NCBI RefSeq assembly: GCF_964204645.1 | Contig: NC_134032.1 | Coordinates: forward strand, 4,674,175 to 4,738,174 | DNA length: 64,000 nt | Source of the DNA: Tubulanus polymorphus | Taxonomy: Eukaryota; Animalia; Nemertea | Reading direction: 5' to 3' | In this document: piece after piece, positions 12,351-24,030 of the stretch | Layout: every line of letters begins with the position of its first letter | Position numbering within the stretch: position 1 is the stretch's first letter | The notes under the pieces: generated by a model | Database searches by the model: none | What the model saw: the letters and a program-made list of their open reading frames with translations, nothing else | Told to the model about the DNA's origin: nothing | Position numbers and translations under genes: made by a program

Positions 12351-12479
12351 AATTTTTTTATGATATTAATGGTAGATAGTTTTCCAAAAGCTTTTCAATA
12401 TAATAAATCAATTTAATATAAAATTCCTGCAATAGATTTTAATAAAGATATTTCATATAGAAATGAAGTTTTAAATTCA

Positions 12480-13880
12480 TTAATTAAAATCAAATTTATC
12501 ATTATTTTCATGTTGTAAAACTTCACTTATTTCAAATACTCCATAAGGCTGTGGTTCCATCATTGCCCAACCATATAGATTATTTGCATCTATATATAAT
12601 AACTTATATCCAGGGTTATCATTTACATTGAAATATATATCACCTAATACACCTGAAACACCTCCTCTTATAGATTTTTCAAATAATAATAATTGATCTA
12701 TATTTCTTAACAAATCCATTTTTATATCTGTAAATTTTAAACCACAATCCCAAGTTAATCCTGGTGATGAATAACAATGGCAAGGATCAATATTAAAATA
12801 TTTTAGGTTTACATTTCTAAACCTTTCGAATATATCAGTTAATAATAATACATCAGATTTTAAATATAAAACTACTAATTGTCCACGATTTACTATTTTG
12901 AAATGATTCCAAATATTCAATGTTCTATTATAGACTCTATCTTTAACGTATTCTTTTTTTAATTCATCATAGAACTGTTCTTTTAATAATTCAGTTATAT
13001 TGAAATCATTATGCGATTTATAAAATGAATATGGAATTGCGCCTTTATATCTCATTAATTGAAAATCATCATTATTTGGATAGTGTTGCTTTAATATTCT
13101 TAATTCATCATCAACTAATGATTTTGATAAATTATCTAGTGAACTACCTAGAAATCTATATGAATCTATAAATCTTAGACACCCAAATTGGAATGATATA
13201 TAATTCTCAGATGTTTTAGCTAACATTTTAAATTTATAAGTTGGTATTTTATCTTTTGATCTATTTGAATTTAATCTTTCTATTTCATTATTGATTTCTT
13301 CTATTTTATGACATAGCTGTTTGATGAATAAATGAGCATTATATCCTGATAAATTATGAAATATTACTGGAACAAAATTGATTTTCTTAGCTTGTTAGTT
13401 ACAATTCGCATGCACCGCGCCTCCATTTTCCTTTCCATTCAAATGATCATGGTCTCTTACTTTTTTATCTTTATAATTAAATATCTTTTCTCAATAATAA
13501 CATTTATCTGCAAACCAAATGCTTCTTTATCTTCTTCTGTCATAATTATTTCTTTATTTTCATTTAACTTTTCATTAAATTCTATTTCATATTCGATTAA
13601 TAAGTCACAACAATGATTGACAACATTTTCATTTCTATAATTATAATATTCACTTTCAATCAGTTCTGGATAATCAGATTTTATATATGACCTGCAAGCT
13701 GCAGCTGATTGATGAATCTTTTTAATTGTATTTGTTATTAGAGGATCTGAATAATCAATTATATCAGAATTTAATTTCTTTCTTTTATGAAATATTTCTT
13801 TTCTATCTTGATCCGTTAATTCTTTATTTAACGATTCAAAATCTCCATATATTACAAATGGTACTTTATGTCCAATAAAA
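12480..13880 (-). pseudogene. polB: Inverted, more divergent pPolB fragment (Exo I to polymerase motif A)
   Basis: HKVPFVIYGDFES, DHDHL...CN, HNLSGYNAHLFI, FIDSYRFL..SLDNL, YLKSDV, SIRGGVS, YIDANNLYGWAM. Many amino-acid differences from copies A and B; truncated at both ends. Confidence 0.92.
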
Positions 13881-15585
13881 TCCTTGTGAAAATATTTCAC
13901 TTTACATACATCAGACGAGCACATAATCTGTGACATCGTCGGGTCGTTTTTCCGACAGAAACATATACCTGCATCATTTGAACCAGAGATATTTTGAATA
14001 GAGGGCACTTCGTTTTCCCTAGTGAAGTAATTCCCAATAAGTTCAGGCAGCAGACATTTTTGGAAAAACTGTCGAGCAATGTTAACCTGTAAACTGAAAA
14101 ATTCTTGGTTAAATCCTATCTTTTCAATTGCCATCGCGTTATTTGCCCATACAACAAAATCACATTGCTTAAATCCTGTTGCATGGAGTTGAGTTTGTAT
14201 CTGATAATAATATGCGTGATCTCGTTTTAAAGTTAAAGCTCTATTGGAGTCAATTTCCATGCAGAAATTATGGTCGTTACGTGCCGATTCCTCAGCAGTT
14301 TTATCTCCGAGGCAGAATCGGCACTTGATTTCAATAAGCTGTATTCCGCAACAATCACAGGACACTACGCCATCGGGGGATGCTCCAAGAAAAGGATAAC
14401 ACTTATCTATGTAGAATCCACTTTCCTTCACTTTGCAATTGATGTGTGTTTGATTCATGAGCTGCTCATAATTGCTTCGTGCAGTCTCCTCGTGCTTGCA
14501 ACCCCATTTGGGAGGAAATTTTTAAAGTAAATATATTTCATTTAGAACTAGAAAAATATGGGTATCTTTAGAGAGAATTTTATGACCGGCAATTGGTAGG
14601 CCTAGTTTGCATATTTTTTACCTTGTTGCATTCGTTGAGAAAGAGTACGCCTTTGGATAACAGATCCGCTTTATCAATGACAGGGAAGATTTATCAATTG
14701 ATGTTCTTGTAACAAATTTCAGGATAGAAGCTGTTATCCTTCCAGCTCTGTGCGAAAACCATACTGGACTTTCACTCTGCTTCCTGGTCAGCAATTCAAC
14801 GTTTTGGATCTGTAAATATATAATTATATAAGCCAATATGCTCGAAAACCAGAGCTACCTGTCTTATTACAATTTGAAAAATATATAGCATAAATAAACC
14901 TATATGAACATTTTACTATACCTGTTCATCTGTGATGGCTAGTTGATCTAGAACCTCTTTTGAATAGTCCTGTAATCTGTCAAGTGATGCTGTCAACTTG
15001 CTACTCTGGAAAAGTTCTGACAGTGGTTGTGGGAGATTCAATTGTGCTCCTTTTGGTACATAGGCATCCGAAAATCCTGGTAAAACTGATAACACTGATA
15101 ATTTTGAACCTGTGCCAAACATACTTTTGTAGAAATTATCAGCTTCTGCTGGAGTGACCATAGGGTACGATTTCACAGTATTAGTAGTTGGTTGATCGTT
15201 GTTCGTGTGTCGCGATGTTCCAGTAATATCCTTTTGTTCCGGCCTTGAAAAGTCAATGTTCAATGCTTCTGAGTATTAAATGTTCATATTCGTAGTGGTG
15301 GGTTCGAGCCATGAACATGCCATCGAAGTGCATGTCACTGAATTTTTCAATTTGACCGCTGCTTCCAATGCAAAACAGACTGTGGCCACATGAGAACAAA
15401 CTTCATTCAGCCCAGCCATGCAATTAAAGTGGGCAAATTCAATACAACCATCATCTTTAACAGCGACCCAGGCTCTCAGCGGAGTCTCGTTAATCCGTTG
15501 CGAGTGAGCTACCTGAAAAAATAATTAAAATGAGTACGGTAGGCCTATAAACACTCTTAAGATTTTTTTTAAACCTGATCACCCA

Positions 15586-15706
15586 GGGGCTGGTTGCATA
15601 GTCATGGCTTAATACCAGTCTAAGACCAAAGTTCTATACCCAATCTAACAACTAAGATCAGTCTTAAGATTTAAGACCACTTTCGGACTTAAGTCACGAC
15701 CGGGCC
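15586..15706. mobile_element. Short MITE remnant (Harbinger-like termini)
   Basis: GGGGCTGGTTGCA start and ..ACCGGGCCC end, with internal TTAAGAC/GTCTTAA inverted motifs. Confidence 0.4.
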
Positions 15707-15818
15707 CAGTGTAGTAGAGTTGAGGCAATCAGCTGTTTTTCTACATCCTGCAGTCTAGCAACGTAGCTAACTCCCCTCCCCTAAAATAAACCCTACCACC
15801 AAATGAACTCCTACCCTC

Positions 15819-16660
15819 TGATACACCGGTCACAATCCTCTCTTTAATCGTTATCTATAAAATACTTGAGTAAGGCCCTGGCGAGAGAACGTGTCCGTGC
15901 ACAAATCCGAATGAATAAACTGAAATACCGGATGATAATATTGAAGATAATATATTTCATTTACCTTGAACCTGAGAATGATTTTCCTAATCCCTATTAT
16001 ATGAATCCCTATCGTTCCGAAGCTTCTCCTGTCCTGCTGTCGACACTCGTCTTACTAAAGTACAGATTCTCCCGATTGATTGCTCTCTCAAGATGCGGGT
16101 CCCTTTTACAGAAAGAATCATTCATTTTTTCTTTTTTTAATTATTATAATTAACTACGATTCGGAATACATAGTGATTGATTATCAATTCTTAAATTATT
16201 TGAAATACTTATACTAATTATTTTATGTACAATTTAACTAATTCTATTTTAATACAGGATAAGCAAAACAACCACATCTTCCTAAACTTCCGGTTTTTCC
16301 TTTTACGGAAAGTAGCCGGGAATATCATCAAGTATCAGCGTGATCCCTTCACGAGCCTCATTATAAATACACTCCATTGTTCCGACCCAACCAAATATGG
16401 TTCCAACTATTTAAAAGTTTTATATAAAGATTTTCTGAATGTTTGCCAGATCTCACAGCAGAAGAACCGAGAAAGAATTGTTGTTTATAGACTGATTTAT
16501 GGTTTGCGTTGGTAGATGAAAGCATCAAACAAGAACTTTCGTAATTCTTACTACTAGTACGTTCTTGTCTGACGGCTCCCACGCATACAGAAACAACATT
16601 AAGAACATTTCTAAATACTACGAACATTTTCAAATACTACGAAAATCTAGCCGTGGATCA
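15819..16660 (-). repeat. 3' LTR (842 bp; ~410-bp internal deletion relative to the 5' LTR)
   Basis: Near-identical to 22519-22819 joined to ~23229-23768. Confidence 0.92.
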
Positions 16661-18118
16661 ACACTCCCTATCCAGTTTAAATTTCGGCCCGAAATTTTGA
16701 ATTTAAACCAACTCGTGAATATCCCGCTGATACCTCTAGAACAAATCCTGAAAAAGAACATTTAGTAAACAATTCATTATAACGAGTAACTATTTCTTAG
16801 AGTTCGACACTACAACGCATAAAGTTCGTGATATAGTTTATCATAAAACCGTATTTAAAGTTCTGGATACCCAATCGGAAAAAGTTCATTCGAGACCGCT
16901 GTCCCCGCACACTAAACAGTCGAAAGTTAAGCACAAAACAGTTCACAGTTAGAGTTTAGAATTTACCGCGAAGTGACGCAACAGCTACCAGACACAACAA
17001 GGTACGTCATGGACGGACGAATGACGTCATCCACCGCAGTTCCTCGGAGCGCGTACTGCTACGTTGATAGTACGGCAAAACGCATTTATGTTCAGCTGAT
17101 ACTTGCTCGTTATTCATAGACGCTATAGTACTACGGTTACTATATCGGAGTCTTTTCTCCACAGTTAATATAGAAACGGAACAGTAATGTATTCGCATCT
17201 TACGGCTTGAGCGAACAACATTCCATCGAATGTTAATGTAACTACACGGGAGCCATCTTGAACACACTCGGCTTTACTCCGCTAAAATGTCTACGGAAAT
17301 TATCACTTTTCTTCATATTTCGTATCGCATTGGCCAGGTGTCTTTGTCCACCCTTCATCACTTAAGTTTGTGAGTATATAACAGGTCTTCGAGAGTGACA
17401 AACACCACTAACAATGGCCAGAATCGCATGACTAATCATCGAGCATGATTCCATCCCGTTTAAACCAACGCCCAAAGTTCGCTGTTGTATGTCGTATATT
17501 CGCTCCGTTTCTTCGTTATTTGACGAATCGGCAAATTAATATCACTCATCTCGACCAGAGCATACCAGTTGCTGGTTTATCATACTATCAGTTGCGTCGA
17601 ATAGAGTTTCAGGATACCTCCCAACAAGTCCCCATCTCCATATGGTCACTATCAGGGGGGTACCCGTCAACATCTATTGCGGTTGACAGAAGAAGACATT
17701 CTTCCATCGTAGTGCTGTCATATCCCGACGGTCTCATCTTCACAAATCCGATAAGGGTACCTTACAATGAAATAAAAACACAGAGATTATATAAAAATTT
17801 CATAACTCTTTCTTTTCTAACTGACAATCAATGACATCCATTCAGACTACAGATAATAAACCCTAGAGACTAGTGATATTTCAGCAAAAAAAAACCAATA
17901 TCACGACAATCAAGCTATTATTCACTTTTATTTATGGTTGTCTTTATCTCCTATATTAGATTAAACCCAGATCAGGAGTTAACTCATTGGCAACAATGCG
18001 TTATATATACTTCAGTTTCACAACACTTATGTAATTATATTTCGATAACTTACTGAAGAGACGCTTACCGTATACAATTCATAATTTTCAATAGGACGTA
18101 TGCATCTTGATCCAAACT

Positions 18119-20106
18119 CTAAATAATTCGATTATACTTACAAATTTCGTCTGACGTCTGAGGGTCTTCCACATGTGTGATAGACACCTCCGGTGGCCGA
18201 GGAAGCTGTCCTGACTTCGCCTCTGTTTTGAGTGATCGGTCAAGTGACCACCCATCTGTCCACGAATCACTACGACACGTATCTTCAAAGAGGGTGACGT
18301 GTCGTGACGTAGGGTTCGTGACTCGAAGCCTATGCCTTGATGGCATGACGCTAACAACTGACCTTGCGCTCATGAGATCACGCATTCTCAAATAATGTAC
18401 TGGCACAAAGGCTGCAATCGAAGACTGAGACTTGTCAATTAGCCACTTACGGTCGACGGTGACATCGCATGAAGGGGGAATAACAGTCATACGTGTGACT
18501 TTAACCGACGAAGATTTCCCCAAAATGACATCATTACTAAAGTAAATTATGTCGGCGCCTGGCAACAAGAGAGCCTTTTTAGCATAATCGATAACTGCCT
18601 GGTTTCGTTCCAGGAAATCAACTCCGAGATTACATCGGACGTGATACCGTCTACCACGTACATAGATTGCGTAATTTCCAAATTGCCTAACACAAAATCC
18701 ACAGAAATAACTCCTTTCAAATCAAACTTAGTACCATCTACCCCACGGGCGGACTGAAATTGTCCCTCCTGATAAGGGTCATTCGATATCTGAGGATGAT
18801 TGATGAAGTAATTGTTTGACACTACAGAAATATCGGCACCCGTATCAATCAAAATGTTTAACGGTGTCCCTAAATGACTACCTGTCACTCGGTTGGCGGC
18901 AGTTGCCATGATTGACGGGGAATAAGCCTCCTGTCCAATAGTGTTGTTCTGACTGGAAAGGGACCCTATGTCGTTGGTTGGCGTGTCACCTAAAGTCGTC
19001 GTAACAGGTGGAAGTTGTTCCTGACAGTGAACAGTTGGTTGACAATCGGAGTTCGAATCTCCTATCCCAACATTTTCGAAGATTGGCATAATCGGTTTAG
19101 ACGTGAGGACAACTTGACCTCTGTCCTGTTCGTGGGACATTCCATCCCCAACTGGATGGTGGAAACTGCTGGCATTTGAGGTGACAGGAAAGTTCTGTCC
19201 TCTTTCAAACGAGTGACACAAATTCTCCGACATTGACTCCCGACTAGATATCTTTGACAAAATAGTTTCCATATTACTCTGATCATTAAGACATTCCGAT
19301 CGTGAATTATTACTACTACTTGAACCTGATGACACAAGATCACATTGTATTGCTGATTCGGAGGTTGCTGGGTACCTATACCGATCAAAAGCGCCTTCGT
19401 GACAATCTAAATGAGACTTCCTATCTCTAAAAAGGTCATCTTCTGCCGAATCCGTCGGACCATTAACCCCTCTAGGGTGTGACCTATCAATACTAATATT
19501 GTCACCCGAGCACGCCATATCAGCACGTACCTCCTGCAATTTAACCGGATCGCTAAACGTAACCCTCCTGTGTCTTTTTATATGCTCGTAAGTAGCCGAC
19601 AACTGGGAATTGTCCCTCCAGATGTCCTCAAAATTGGATCCCTGATCCATATAAAAATTTCCATCTAACGACAACTGGGAATTGTCCCTCCAGCTATCCC
19701 CAAAGTTACGATCTTGAATGTCATAAACGTCATCAGCACCCCATGAAGGAGTGTGATGGCCGGCAAACCTATCTAAATTCAGAGACTCATTGTTATGAAA
19801 GTAATACGCAGTACAATTTTCCTCAGGTCCAAAATAATCGTCAACTGAATCAGCTAGCATGTCGCCCTGATCAAATGACATGTCAAATATATCATCCCTA
19901 TCGTCCTCTAAATAATCATCATCATCATCATCAAAAATATAATCATCAATTACCGGACTATCATCATCATAACCATGATAACCCGAATATGTGTCATCCC
20001 ACCAATAATCACTCCTTATTAACGAGTCCGGCGAGGGCTCAGTTGACCATTCATTGCGCGACCCCACCCTTATCGGTCCATAGGATGAGGTCTCCGGTCG
20101 TTTCCC
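18119..20106 (-). pseudogene. Gag-fused (-1 frame) acidic low-complexity region + aspartic protease
   Basis: ORF 18547..20067 is Asp-rich, then has LIDTGADISVV...F.LG....Q.MYVV (retropepsin). It is entered through the slippery site at 20100-20106; a frameshift near 18620 leads into 18119..18568. Confidence 0.75.
20061..20106 (-). promoter_or_regulatory. Programmed -1 ribosomal frameshift signal
   Basis: G GGA AAC heptamer in the gag frame, a 7-nt spacer, then an 11-bp stem GACCTCATCCT/AGGGTGGGGTC. The -1 frame is open into the protease ORF. Confidence 0.75.
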
Positions 20107-21915
20107 TGACCAAATGTTCGATTAGCCCCTTGGGAGCCACGCCCAATTTTCTGTGGCCGAAACTGACCCCTACTAGCATTTTGGGGACGGCGATTATCAC
20201 GCTGAAATGCGTCCCGGTTTGGTGACCTTTGTTGGTCGTAACGCCACGTCGGGCAATTCCTGGCGTAATGACCAGGGGCGTGACATTGAAAGCACACCAC
20301 CTGGCCATCCTGTGCGGTATTCGAAAAACGCCTAATGAAAAACACCGAATCGGAAAACGCATAACGCCTAATTCAAGTAACATCCAAGAAATTGACCTAA
20401 ATCCCTACGTGAACTATGTACACAACGCTACATAGTTCACGTCGGAGTGCGTGGAGCGCCGCCTGTTCCATCTTCGTTTCTACTGTCTTTGGTTACGCAG
20501 GCTTATCTGTGTTATTATTTCATATTAAGACAGAGTATTATGATAATAAAAGACATCATTTTATGGAACATATAGTTTATTATTTTTGTTCAAGGAAGTT
20601 CAGGGGCTGGACATTATTTAGTCTCTCATTGGTTCGGTAGGTTCGGAAGATTAGCGTGGTTGTGAACATTTTTGGAGGATAATTTTGAGAATGGCTATTT
20701 TATCAGTCTCTGTGTGCGTTGTACCTACGAGCGAAGGTTGTACCATATTTATGCATTCCGGTTTCAAAATTCAAGAAAGCCGGTTTATAACCGCGGCGTT
20801 TGTTTTCGCGTTATCATAGAAGTGTAAACTGTTTCAGTTTACACTTCTATGGCGTTATGTGATTGATCGCTTGCACGGCGGACATTCTATCATCATCCTA
20901 TAATGAAGTTTATTAGAGTAGTAGTCTCGTTTCGTGAAGCGTAAAACACATGTATTTTCAAACTGTTCCGTTGATGAGTTGGATTGTGAGTCTCAGTAGA
21001 TGGTGCAATTACGAAATTAGGTCATTTTCTAGGAATTAGGCGTTATGCGTTTTCCGATTCGGTGTATTTCATTAGGCGTTTTTCGAGTACCGCATCCTGT
21101 GACCTTTGTAACGGGCGGCTTTCGCTATAAAATGTGGCTCTATCATTCCGCTGAGTACGGGTAGACTTCTGGATGTCCATAATTTGGCGGAACATGTCCC
21201 GTAATTCAGCCATAACGTCACCCATCGCTTTATTTGGTTCGGTCCCAATTTGCGATACCTTGGGAGACGACAGAGCTTTACGTTGTTCGATATGCTCCGC
21301 CATTCTGGCTGCCTCCCATGCATCCCTAAATGTCGTCGGACGCTGTGACAACAGGTAGACAGAGATGTCAGGGCGTGAGTTGTTAATTAGTAACATCTTT
21401 TTCTGGTGGTCCGAAAATTTCAAACTCGAGGCCACACGATCAATCTCTTCCGCAAACCTATCGACCGGTTGTGTCTCCCCCTGTCGCATCGTCGTCAAAG
21501 CCGACTCCTTGACCAAAGCCCACGAGGTGGGGCTAAATTGCGCGCAAAACGCACGGACAATATTTCCCCAGGGAGTGACAACTTTGCCACCGGTCGCATC
21601 GGTTCCCTGATCAATTCGAAGATCATTAAATAAGATTAGGGCCGGGCCAGCCAAAAACCAATACAACTGTTTCTTTTTAGCGTCATCGTTCCAACCCCTT
21701 AGATCGGCCAAACGGTCAAATCCTTTGAACCAATCAGAGACGCACTGGTCGTCTCGTCCCGTAAATTTAGGGAGCAAAGAGAAATTCATGAACGCCGTGG
21801 CTGTGTCCACCTGTTCGCGAAGGCCAGAGAGGGCCTGCAGAACAGTGTCGTTGCTTACAGCGGATCGTTCCCGTGAGCCACCCGCACCGTACGTCGTCTC
21901 CCCTCCAGTCGACAT
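20070..21915 (-). pseudogene. gag: gag (capsid + CCHC knuckle) interrupted by a MITE
   Basis: PKFTG...W...F...A...W......L.GPA and RQGE..PV..F. Removing 20315-21092 plus one TSD restores in-frame QRSQDGQVVCFQCHAPGHYARNC. Confidence 0.88.
20315..21092. mobile_element. MITE with ~60-bp TIRs and 9-bp TSD (Mutator-like)
   Basis: TIR CGGTAYTCGAAAAACGCCTAATGAAA...; TSD CATCCTGTG at 20306-20314 and 21093-21101. Confidence 0.9.
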
Positions 21916-21979
21916 TGTATATCTTTAAACGAATACTAATCTAAAATAACATTTTTAAAAATTTCCAACCCAAAAAACA

Positions 21980-22346
21980 GATGTAGGTTCGATTCCCCAT
22001 CCTGGCTGGACGGTTTTGGCAATTCACAAGGTGGAGGGTTCGAACCCCTCAATGGCTGTAGTGCAGCCCCATCGGTGTCGACCTGCATGGCGAGTGGGTT
22101 AGAATCCCACAGAGGTCCCCGACACTCCTCCGGTATTACACATGAGCGTGCAGTGGTGGGTTCGAATCCCACGACGGCTCTCGAAGTTCCTCCGGAATCT
22201 CAAATGGTCGTGCACTTCGCGGGTTCGGATCCCGCAATGTCTCAACAGGGACGACCGGAGTTGGCAGTGGGTTCGAATCCCACAATGGTTCCCGAAACTC
22301 CACCGGAATTTCAAATGGTTTCGTTTGAGGTGGGCTCGACTCCCAC
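21980..22346 (+). repeat. Array of 6-7 tRNA T-arm/B-box-like hairpins in the LTR-element leader (antisense to the element)
   Basis: GNGGG-TTCGAAT-CCCNC units at 22034, 22094, 22156, 22219, 22267 and 22330, plus a degenerate unit at ~21983. Spacing 48-63 bp. Confidence 0.85.
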
Positions 22347-22499
22347 AATAGCTTTTCGAATGTCGGGCTGGTTGTAGCGCGGCGCTTCTTAGAAAATGCG
22401 TTCTTCGCACCACAGTGGGAGCATACGAAAATATGTACCATTTGAACAAAACTAAACAATTAATGTAAAAAGTTTATCGTAAACCGAAGATTATTGATT

Positions 22500-22517
22500 T
22501 CCCGGGTTTCGGCACCA
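22500..22517 (-). promoter_or_regulatory. Primer-binding site, tRNA-Phe
   Basis: Minus strand TGGTGCCGAAACCCGGGA is the 18-nt complement of the animal tRNA-Phe(GAA) 3' end, 1 nt from the LTR. Confidence 0.85.
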
Positions 22518-22518
22518 G

Positions 22519-23768
22519 TGATACACCGGTCACAATCCTCTCTTTAATCGTTATCTATAAAATACTTGAGTAAGGCCCTGGCGAGAGAACGTGTCCGTGC
22601 ACAAATCCGAATGAATAAACTGAAATACCGGATGATGATATTGAAGATAATATATTTTATTTACCTTGAACCTGAGAATGATTTTCCTAATCCCTATTAT
22701 ATGAATCCCTATCGTTCCGAAGCTTCTCCTGTCCTGCTGTCGACACTCGTCTTACTAAGGTACAGATTCTCCCGATTGACTGCTCTCTCAAGATGCGGGT
22801 CCCTTTTACAGAAAGAATCGGCATTCTTAAAATACCGACTCTCCCACTCGACTTTTGGCAAGGAGCAGCAACCTTACTGTCATGACTGTTTTGGTCATAT
22901 AGAATTTGGCCTTAATGATTCGCTGATCTAAAATTATTTTCAAAACTGATTTGCTAAACTAACTTTTTCCTTCCAACCCTCCTGTCATGACGCGTTGTGA
23001 TTTAGTCACTCCTTGCTAGTCGTTGTTGAGAGAGCAGCTATTGTCTGTGAATTACCAACGAGCGCATACAGACAACAGAAACTTCAGACAGCTAGTTTTA
23101 ACATTTAAAACAAATTAATTTTCCTAAAACATTAGCGGTTATTAACAATTTGTTCTTAAACAACATCTAGATTACTCAAATTAAATATCTTTTCAAAACT
23201 TTGTTTTCTTTTCTAATTACAGTACAAATTCATTGTTTCTTTTTTGAATTATTATAATAAACTACGATTCGGAATACATTGTGATTGATTATCAATTCTT
23301 AAATTATTTGAAATACTTATACTAATTATTTTATGTACAATTTAACTAATTCTATTTTAATACAGGATAAGCAAAACAACCACATCTTCCTAAACTTCCG
23401 GTTTTTCCTTTTACGGAAAGTAGCCGGGAATATCATCAAGTATCAGCGTGATCCCTTCACGAGCCTCATTATAAATACACTCCATTGTTCCGACCCAACC
23501 AAATATGGTTCCAACTATTTAAAAGTTTTATATAAAGATTTTCTGAATGTTTGCCAGATCTCACAGCAGAAGAACCGAGAAAGAATTGTTGTTTATAGAC
23601 TGATTTATGGTTTGCGTTGGTAGATGAAAGCATCAAACAAGAACTTTCGTAATTCTTACTACTAGTACGTTCTTGTCTGACGGCTCCCACGCATACAGAA
23701 ACAACATTAAGAACATTTCTAAATACTACGAACATTTTCAAATACTACGAAAATCTAGCCGTGGATCA
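22519..23768 (-). repeat. 5' LTR (1250 bp)
   Basis: Direct repeat of 15819-16660, bounded by the PBS and the TSD. Confidence 0.92.
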
Positions 23769-23861
23769 CCTCCCTTTTAAAATGGAACTTGATCTCAATT
23801 AACGTAGTTAAGTGGAATTCTTTATTTATTTCAGGGTAAATTAGCTTTATATGGGCCTATA

Positions 23862-24030
23862 CAGTAGACTCTGCCCGAGTCCGGACCCATCAACTCACAC
23901 GACCGTTCAACTCGATATTCTTTGTGACACTATGTAATACATAACATCCAACTCGGATAGGCTATCACTCTACAAGTCGGGCACACTTAAAACACGGTCC
24001 CAAAATATAAGGCTTGAGCGAAGTCTACTG
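23862..24030. mobile_element. Tc1/mariner(Tigger)-like MITE
   Basis: TA|CAGTAGACT...AGTCTACTG termini. Confidence 0.6.

Larger units (their letters stand above)
3815..12479. mobile_element. Polinton/Maverick (adintovirus-like) endogenous virus fragment, copy A
   Basis: Very AT-rich, intronless, densely packed genes: pPolB, three convergent small genes, a penton-like gene and small membrane-protein genes. Collinear with 58671-64000. No TIR, integrase, ATPase or major capsid gene is recognisable in the window. Confidence 0.88.
15819..23768 (-). mobile_element. Non-autonomous Gypsy-like LTR retrotransposon (gag-pro only) inside the YqaJ gene intron
   Basis: Two LTRs with TGAT...ATCA termini, 4-bp TSD CCTC (15815-15818 and 23769-23772), tRNA-Phe PBS, gag and protease. 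No RT, RNase H or integrase motifs seen. Confidence 0.92.

Noticed and set aside
3815-12479. Bacterial prophage or contaminant, or an alternative genetic code
   Set aside because: It is interrupted by animal-type TEs and joined to spliced host exons. Stops differ between copies and come with frameshifts, which indicates decay rather than recoding.
12369-12479. Start of the major capsid protein gene
   Set aside because: Only ~37 codons with a stop remain before the inverted pPolB junction; not identifiable.
15866-16765. Duplicated ORFs (also 22566-23741) as genes
   Set aside because: They lie within the LTRs and are identical only because the LTRs are; no motifs.
21980-22346. CRISPR array or tRNA gene cluster
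   Set aside because: The linkers are partly homologous to each other, there are no cas genes, the context is eukaryotic, and no D-arm, anticodon or acceptor stems are evident.
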